DNA of 64,000 bases from Podarcis filfolensis (taxonomy: Eukaryota), in NCBI GenBank assembly GCA_964270895.1, contig OZ185445.1, one strand, 5' to 3'. This document shows, in pieces, positions 59,901-64,000 of the stretch. How positions within the stretch are numbered: the first letter of the stretch is position 1; each line of letters opens with the position of its first letter. The position numbers and the translations under genes are program-made. The notes under the pieces were generated by a model. It was not told the origin of the DNA, made no database searches, and saw nothing but the letters and a program-made list of their open reading frames with translations.

Positions 59901-62805
59901 TGGTTAAAAGCAACCACAGAGGACCTGTGATTCTGTTTGGAGCAGCAGCCCTGGGGGAGTGGGTTAACCCTTTACCTATCAAGGCGAATACAGTGGTACC
60001 TCGGTTTAAGAACAGCCCTGTTGACGAACTATTTGGTTTACAAAGTCCGCAAAACTGGAATCCAAACGGTGGAAGCGCGCCTCGGTTTCAGAACAGATTT
60101 GGTTTAAGAACGGACTTCGGGAACAGATTAAGTTCGTAAACCGAGGTACCACTGTAACTGCTTTCAAAGGGAGAAAAGACTGCTTTCAAAGACTGAGAAA
60201 ATTAAATGGGAAAGTTAAATCCTCTCCTCCACAAGCACATTCTCAGCAGATGTGTGCTGGGGAGTCCATTCGCTCTTAATAACAACAACATATGAAATAC
60301 AAATACAAAATTTGCTCAAAAATTTTTTTCTAAGGTCTTCACAGAAGGCAAAGACTAAATATTAACTTCTTAGCTATCTTTGAAAAACAAATGACAATAA
60401 AAGAGGGTACGTAAGTGAAAAATGTGGTTCATCAACATTTTTTTGCCAATAAAAATCAACATGAACTTTATGTCCATATTAACTGGGGGGGGCAGTCTCA
60501 TACTATAGTCGTATATGGATTCTAAATCAGTAAAATAAAGTTTCTTTTCTAAAGGAAGATACAATGTGCACATATAAAAAAATCAACATGGACAGACTGA
60601 TGGCACACCTGCAATAGACGCAGAAGCAGGAGTGATTGGTTGATTTTTACCAGATTCAAAAACGATTTCTTCTGAGATGGTTTGCATATCCTCACAAGGT
60701 TTAACAACTTGATTGATAAAATAAAGAAAAGCCAAGATGAATCAATAGCAGGAAAGCACATTCTATTCTTTATTAAAATACAGGGATTTCTGAGGATATT
60801 TTGAATAATTTGGCCTTAGGAGAGCAAGTGAATTACTTCAAGATTAATTTAAGATAAAAAGAAATTGAAGATAAATTTAAAGATACCTGGTTGGATCCAG
60901 AGGAGTCCCTTCACGGACTGTCAGTTCAATAGATCTGCCTACTCATTTGCCAATTCTTCCTCCACCCTACAGCAGGGTTGGCTAACCTGTAGGGCATGTT
61001 TGGCTTCCCAAGCAGTTTATGGTGTTCCTCAATTTATTTTGTTAAAAGGCAATGCTGAGAAACTTTTCAAAAAAAATTTTCACCAGCAGGTGGCGCTGTT
61101 GAACACCACACCTAATAGGCTGAACCCCATCCTCAGATCTCATAAGCAAGGAGGGGACATTATAGCGCCACATTTTATTTTTCCAAAGGGCCCTTCTCCC
61201 TCTGGTGTGGTGCCCTTATTAGAATGTTTCAGAGATTCTTGGGAAACAGGAAGAAAATTGGCTACCGTGACAACAGGATGCTGGACTAGATTGGCCCCTG
61301 GTCTGATCCAGCAGGTTAGTCTTGCATTCCTGAGTTCCTGTTTCCTCTCCTTCTAACAACGGCACCACAGATTTGTGCATGCACTGACATATGGTCCTTG
61401 AACGGGCAGCAAACACTTAAATGTGGCCAATCTTCAAAAAAGGTTAGTCCCCTGCAGCACCTCCCACACTATTCTCCAACACCCAGAGCAAATTTTTAGT
61501 CATCCCAGGAGACTTCAGGAAAAGTGGAACCCACCAGAATGAACACATTTGAAAAACAAACAAGCAAGCAAAAAAACCAACAATTCATACAAACAGACTG
61601 AAAGGAAGCACACCTGTTAGAGACGCAGAAGCAGTGGTGATTGGTTGATTTTTATCAGGTTCAGAAACTATTTCATCTGAGACAGTTTGTACATCTTGGT
61701 GTGATTTATTAACTTGATTGGTAAAGAAAAAAGTAAAATCAAGATCAATCAACAGAAAGGCAAAACAAAACATTCTGTTACTTATTGAAGGAGGGTTATT
61801 TCTGGTGGAAGGATTGAAGGACTTGGTCTGAAGAGGACAAATTTCATACACAATGCTTAACATTGCAAAAATTATTGATTGCCATTTCTTCCACAATTCT
61901 TAGGCTGTAATCCTAAACATACCCAGAAGTCACACTGAACTCACTGTGACTTAGTTCTGAGTAGACATGCATAGGATTGGGCTGCTAGGAGATATTCTAA
62001 TATAAATTAACTTAGAGGAAAGCAATTTAGCTGCAAATGCTAAAAAAGCAACAACATAAAAAATTCCGGCAGATTATTTTACCAGGATCTGTATTTGTAG
62101 AGGCATCTTGAAGATCCGCAATTCTTTTTCTTACAGAAGCTAAGTAATGTAGTCCTGCTGAAGAAATAACAGCCTCTGGGTCTAAGAGGGAGGAATACAT
62201 AATTACTATCCACATTAAAATTAGTAGGGGAAGAAAACTATTTCAATAGTTTTTGCTAAATTCATTGTCTCAGCTGTACAATTAAAAATGAAGAAAACAT
62301 AATTCATATTCAATAAAGAGGATTAGAGAAACATTTTTGCCTATGTAGGTGCGTTAGGTGAATCCTGCTCTTATATCCTGCTCTTATATCCATTATAAAT
62401 ATAATCACATTTCTACAGATAGGAAACCGATGCCAGGAAATAGTGATTTATTTCAAAATGAATCTACAAAAGCAGTGAATGCATGTAAAATTATGACTGA
62501 CAATTCATTCCAAAGTTCTTTGTATCTACTAGATCATGCTAAATATCACTGTCATTCAAGATAAATACCACGGGTTGTGTTCCATCTTACTCCTATTCAG
62601 AACAGACCAATAGAAATTAACGGGTATGACTAAATTCATTCATTTCAATGGATCTACTCTATGTAGGACTTAGTTGGATACAACCTCATATTTAAATAGA
62701 ATGGACAGGTCATAACTGGATCTTCCATTTTTAAGTTTTGTTGAAATACTCACTCAGTAAGGAGCCACCATCATTGAGGTCATAGCTGAATTCTGTTTGA
62801 TTATC
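50817..62805 (-). CDS. CPLANE1: CPLANE1 (C5orf42/JBTS17) gene span, 3' portion (17 exons); 5' part lies beyond the window end
   Basis: 17 minus-strand exons chain in frame. Peptides resemble human CPLANE1: [79 protein letters not shown]. Convergent synteny with NIPBL as in human. Confidence 0.92.
51524..51666 (-). CDS. CPLANE1: CPLANE1 penultimate exon (GC donor; alternative GT donor at 51518)
   Basis: ttgcag|CTTCTG...TTCAAG|gcaagg; SDEQRK...[24 protein letters not shown]. Confidence 0.85.
52577..52699 (-). CDS. CPLANE1: CPLANE1 exon (123 nt, phase 1-1)
   Basis: gctcaag|GCCGAC...GTCAAG|gtttgt; [41 protein letters not shown]; called from splice sites and phase fit. Confidence 0.7.
52828..52925 (-). 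CDS. CPLANE1: CPLANE1 exon (98 nt, phase 2-1)
   Basis: ttgtag|AAGTTG...GGAAAG|gtaaga; [32 protein letters not shown]. Confidence 0.75.
53520..53678 (-). CDS. CPLANE1: CPLANE1 exon (159 nt)
   Basis: cttcag|GGCCTT...TGGAGG|gtaaag; [29 protein letters not shown]. Confidence 0.88.
54389..54450 (-). CDS. CPLANE1: CPLANE1 exon (62 nt)
   Basis: gtatag|CCACTT...AAATAA|gtaagt; [20 protein letters not shown]. Confidence 0.85.
55318..55474 (-). CDS. CPLANE1: CPLANE1 exon (157 nt)
   Basis: ctccag|TGTAGT...AAAATG|gtaaga; [46 protein letters not shown]. Confidence 0.9.
56060..56220 (+). mobile_element. Degenerate MIR-like SINE
   Basis: CTACAAGGTAGGTTAG...GGCTGAGTGGAGATTTGAACC; similar degenerate copies at ~22270-22400 and ~22700-22860. 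Confidence 0.5.
56245..56368 (-). CDS. CPLANE1: CPLANE1 exon (124 nt)
   Basis: ttttcag|AAGATC...ATCCAG|gtaatt; [34 protein letters not shown]. Confidence 0.88.
56585..56651. repeat. 24-bp tandem repeat, ~2.8 copies
   Basis: CCAGTTCTCCAGACAAACCCATGC x2 plus partial copy. Confidence 0.92.
57602..57760 (-). CDS. CPLANE1: CPLANE1 exon (159 nt)
   Basis: gaaacag|AGCGCT...CTTCTG|gtacca; [20 protein letters not shown]...KKSSS; phase 1-1 fit. Confidence 0.72.
58410..58434 (-). CDS. CPLANE1: CPLANE1 25-nt microexon (phase 0-1)
   Basis: ctctccttttttttcag|GTTGTGGACACTGTAGAAGATGTAG|gtacag; required to connect phases of flanking exons. Confidence 0.75.
58542..58786 (-). CDS. CPLANE1: CPLANE1 exon (245 nt)
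   Basis: ttcaaag|GAGATC...AAACTG|gtaggt; ...[32 protein letters not shown]. Confidence 0.87.
58990..59185 (-). CDS. CPLANE1: CPLANE1 exon (196 nt)
   Basis: gtttag|ACTGGA...CAGAAG|gtgaac; [21 protein letters not shown]...[17 protein letters not shown]. Confidence 0.88.
59326..59444 (-). CDS. CPLANE1: CPLANE1 exon (119 nt)
   Basis: cacacag|AGCTTT...GATTTG|gtaagt; [23 protein letters not shown]. Confidence 0.87.
59991..60154. mobile_element. Tc1/mariner MITE, 164 bp
   Basis: TIRs CAGTGGTACCTCGGTTTA / TAAACCGAGGTACCACTG; TA TSD. Confidence 0.88.
60609..60707 (-). CDS. CPLANE1: CPLANE1 99-nt exon, duplicate copy A
   Basis: aatcaag|TTGTTA...TTGCAG|gtgtgc; [33 protein letters not shown]. Confidence 0.78.
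61083..61096 (+). promoter_or_regulatory. Candidate CTCF core motif
   Basis: CCAGCAGGTGGCGC matches the CTCF consensus. Confidence 0.45.
61614..61712 (-). CDS. CPLANE1: CPLANE1 99-nt exon, duplicate copy B
   Basis: aatcaag|TTAATA...TAACAG|gtgtgc; [33 protein letters not shown]. Confidence 0.78.
62083..62181 (-). CDS. CPLANE1: CPLANE1 exon (99 nt)
   Basis: ctcttag|ACCCAG...ATCCTG|gtaaaa; [32 protein letters not shown]. Confidence 0.87.
62573..62685. mobile_element. Short palindromic MITE-like repeat
   Basis: GGTTGTGTTCC ... GGATACAACC ends with self-complementary interior; similar elements near 57920-58020 and 61903-61985. Confidence 0.5.
62754..62805 (-). CDS. CPLANE1: CPLANE1 exon (52 nt)
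   Basis: ctgtcag|GATAAT...TACTGA|gtgagt; [17 protein letters not shown]; phase 0-1 fit. Confidence 0.7.
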
Positions 62806-63354
62806 CTGACAGAAGAATAAGTATGATTAAATTCATATAGGTTCAACTGCTGCTAACATATTTCAAGATACTAATATTATTTCAATGCAGTATGTTTAAG
62901 TAAGAAACAGATAAGCGTGCAACTCCTTTCAACTGAGAGATCATACATGGCTTTCTATAACTTTCTTACAAATTATTATTTTAAATTCGATTTGCTTCTG
63001 TGATTCCCTTCATCGTTTTAAAATATACCTAGGAAGTATTTCAGGGAGGGAAATTAAATAGGTTTTGTTCTGATTAGTCCATCCTGTCTGGAAGATCTAC
63101 TAAATACACAATTGAAAAATTATGTATGTCAACATTGCTTACTTCATAGAATAAGTCTTATAATTGTTCTGCCAGAGTATAATAATAATAATTTTATTAT
63201 TATTTATACTCTGCCCATCTGGCTGGATTGCCCAGCTGAGCTGTTGTGTTGGCTGAGCTGCTTTGTCTATAAGCCTTCCCTTTTTTTTCTCCAGAGTTAA
63301 CTTTAACAGGTCAGCATCCAAGTTTGTCTTTGCATCCTACTCAGAATAGGCAGG

Positions 63355-63848
63355 AACATGTGGGGCTACCTTTGAAGGTAACCCGGAAACTACAACTAAT
63401 CCAGAATGTGGCTGCTGGACTGGTGACTGGGAGCAGCCACCGAGACCACATAACACCAGTCCTGAAAAACCTACATTGGCTCCCAGTACATTTCCGAGCA
63501 CAATTCAAAGACCAGTATATCTGAAGGAGTGTCTCCACCCCCATCATTCAGCCTGGACACTGAGGTCCAGCTCTGAGGGCCTTCTGGCAATTCCCTCCCT
63601 GTGAGAAGTAAGGTTACAGGGAACCAGGCAGAGGACCTTCTTGGTAGTGGCACCCACCCTGTGGAATGCCCTCCCATCAGATGTCAAGGAAATAAACAAC
63701 TATCTGACTTTTAGAAGACATCTGAAGGCAGCCCTGTTTGGGAAGTTTTTAATGTTTGATGTTTTATCATGTTTTTAATATTCTGTTGGGAGCCGCCCAG
63801 AGTGGCTGGGGAAACCCAGCCAGATGGGCAGGGTATAAATAATAATTA

Positions 63849-63892
<44 letters not shown>
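63355..63892 (+). mobile_element. L2-type LINE 3' end (internally deleted) with (ATT)n tail
   Basis: Degenerate RT C-terminus LQLIQNVAAGLVTG...HITPVLKNLHWLPV..RAQFK; 3'UTR; TAT/ATT microsatellite at ~63840-63892. Confidence 0.88.
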
Positions 63893-64000
63893 GGAATTTC
63901 TTGGCTCTCGAGGGGCTACCCCTGGTTCCTTTTCTGCCCTGCCCAGGATCAGACCTATTATCATATCAGTGTCATTTCTGCTCAGCATTTAGCTGCTCTT

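Overview
Vertebrate genomic DNA, a squamate reptile by repeat content (Sauria SINEs, squamate-type L2/CR1 tails and MITEs; most similar to lacertid lizards, inferred). The window holds two convergent multi-exon genes in the arrangement known from human 5p13.2. On the + strand is NIPBL (cohesin loader). I traced exons equivalent to human exons 10-47 by hand: all have GT-AG boundaries and a continuous reading frame. Both C-termini are present: isoform B by read-through (VRRRRSQRISQRIT*) and isoform A (...TLRSLYAAKDGTSS*), whose last exon lies mostly in an N-gap. On the - strand is the 3' part of CPLANE1/C5orf42, as 17 frame-consistent exons. Most ORFs in the supplied track are spurious or are exon-plus-intron fragments. 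Best leads: (1) a CpG-rich, TTAA-flanked, piggyBac-like hairpin abutting the isoform-B poly(A) signal and the inferred exon-47 acceptor; (2) a tandemly duplicated 99-nt CPLANE1 exon; (3) three N-gaps confined to the NIPBL terminal exon, suggesting masking; (4) a perfect 73-bp-arm palindrome in NIPBL intron 11. Exon numbers and human comparisons are from recalled knowledge, not from alignments run here. No tRNA, rRNA or CRISPR features were found.
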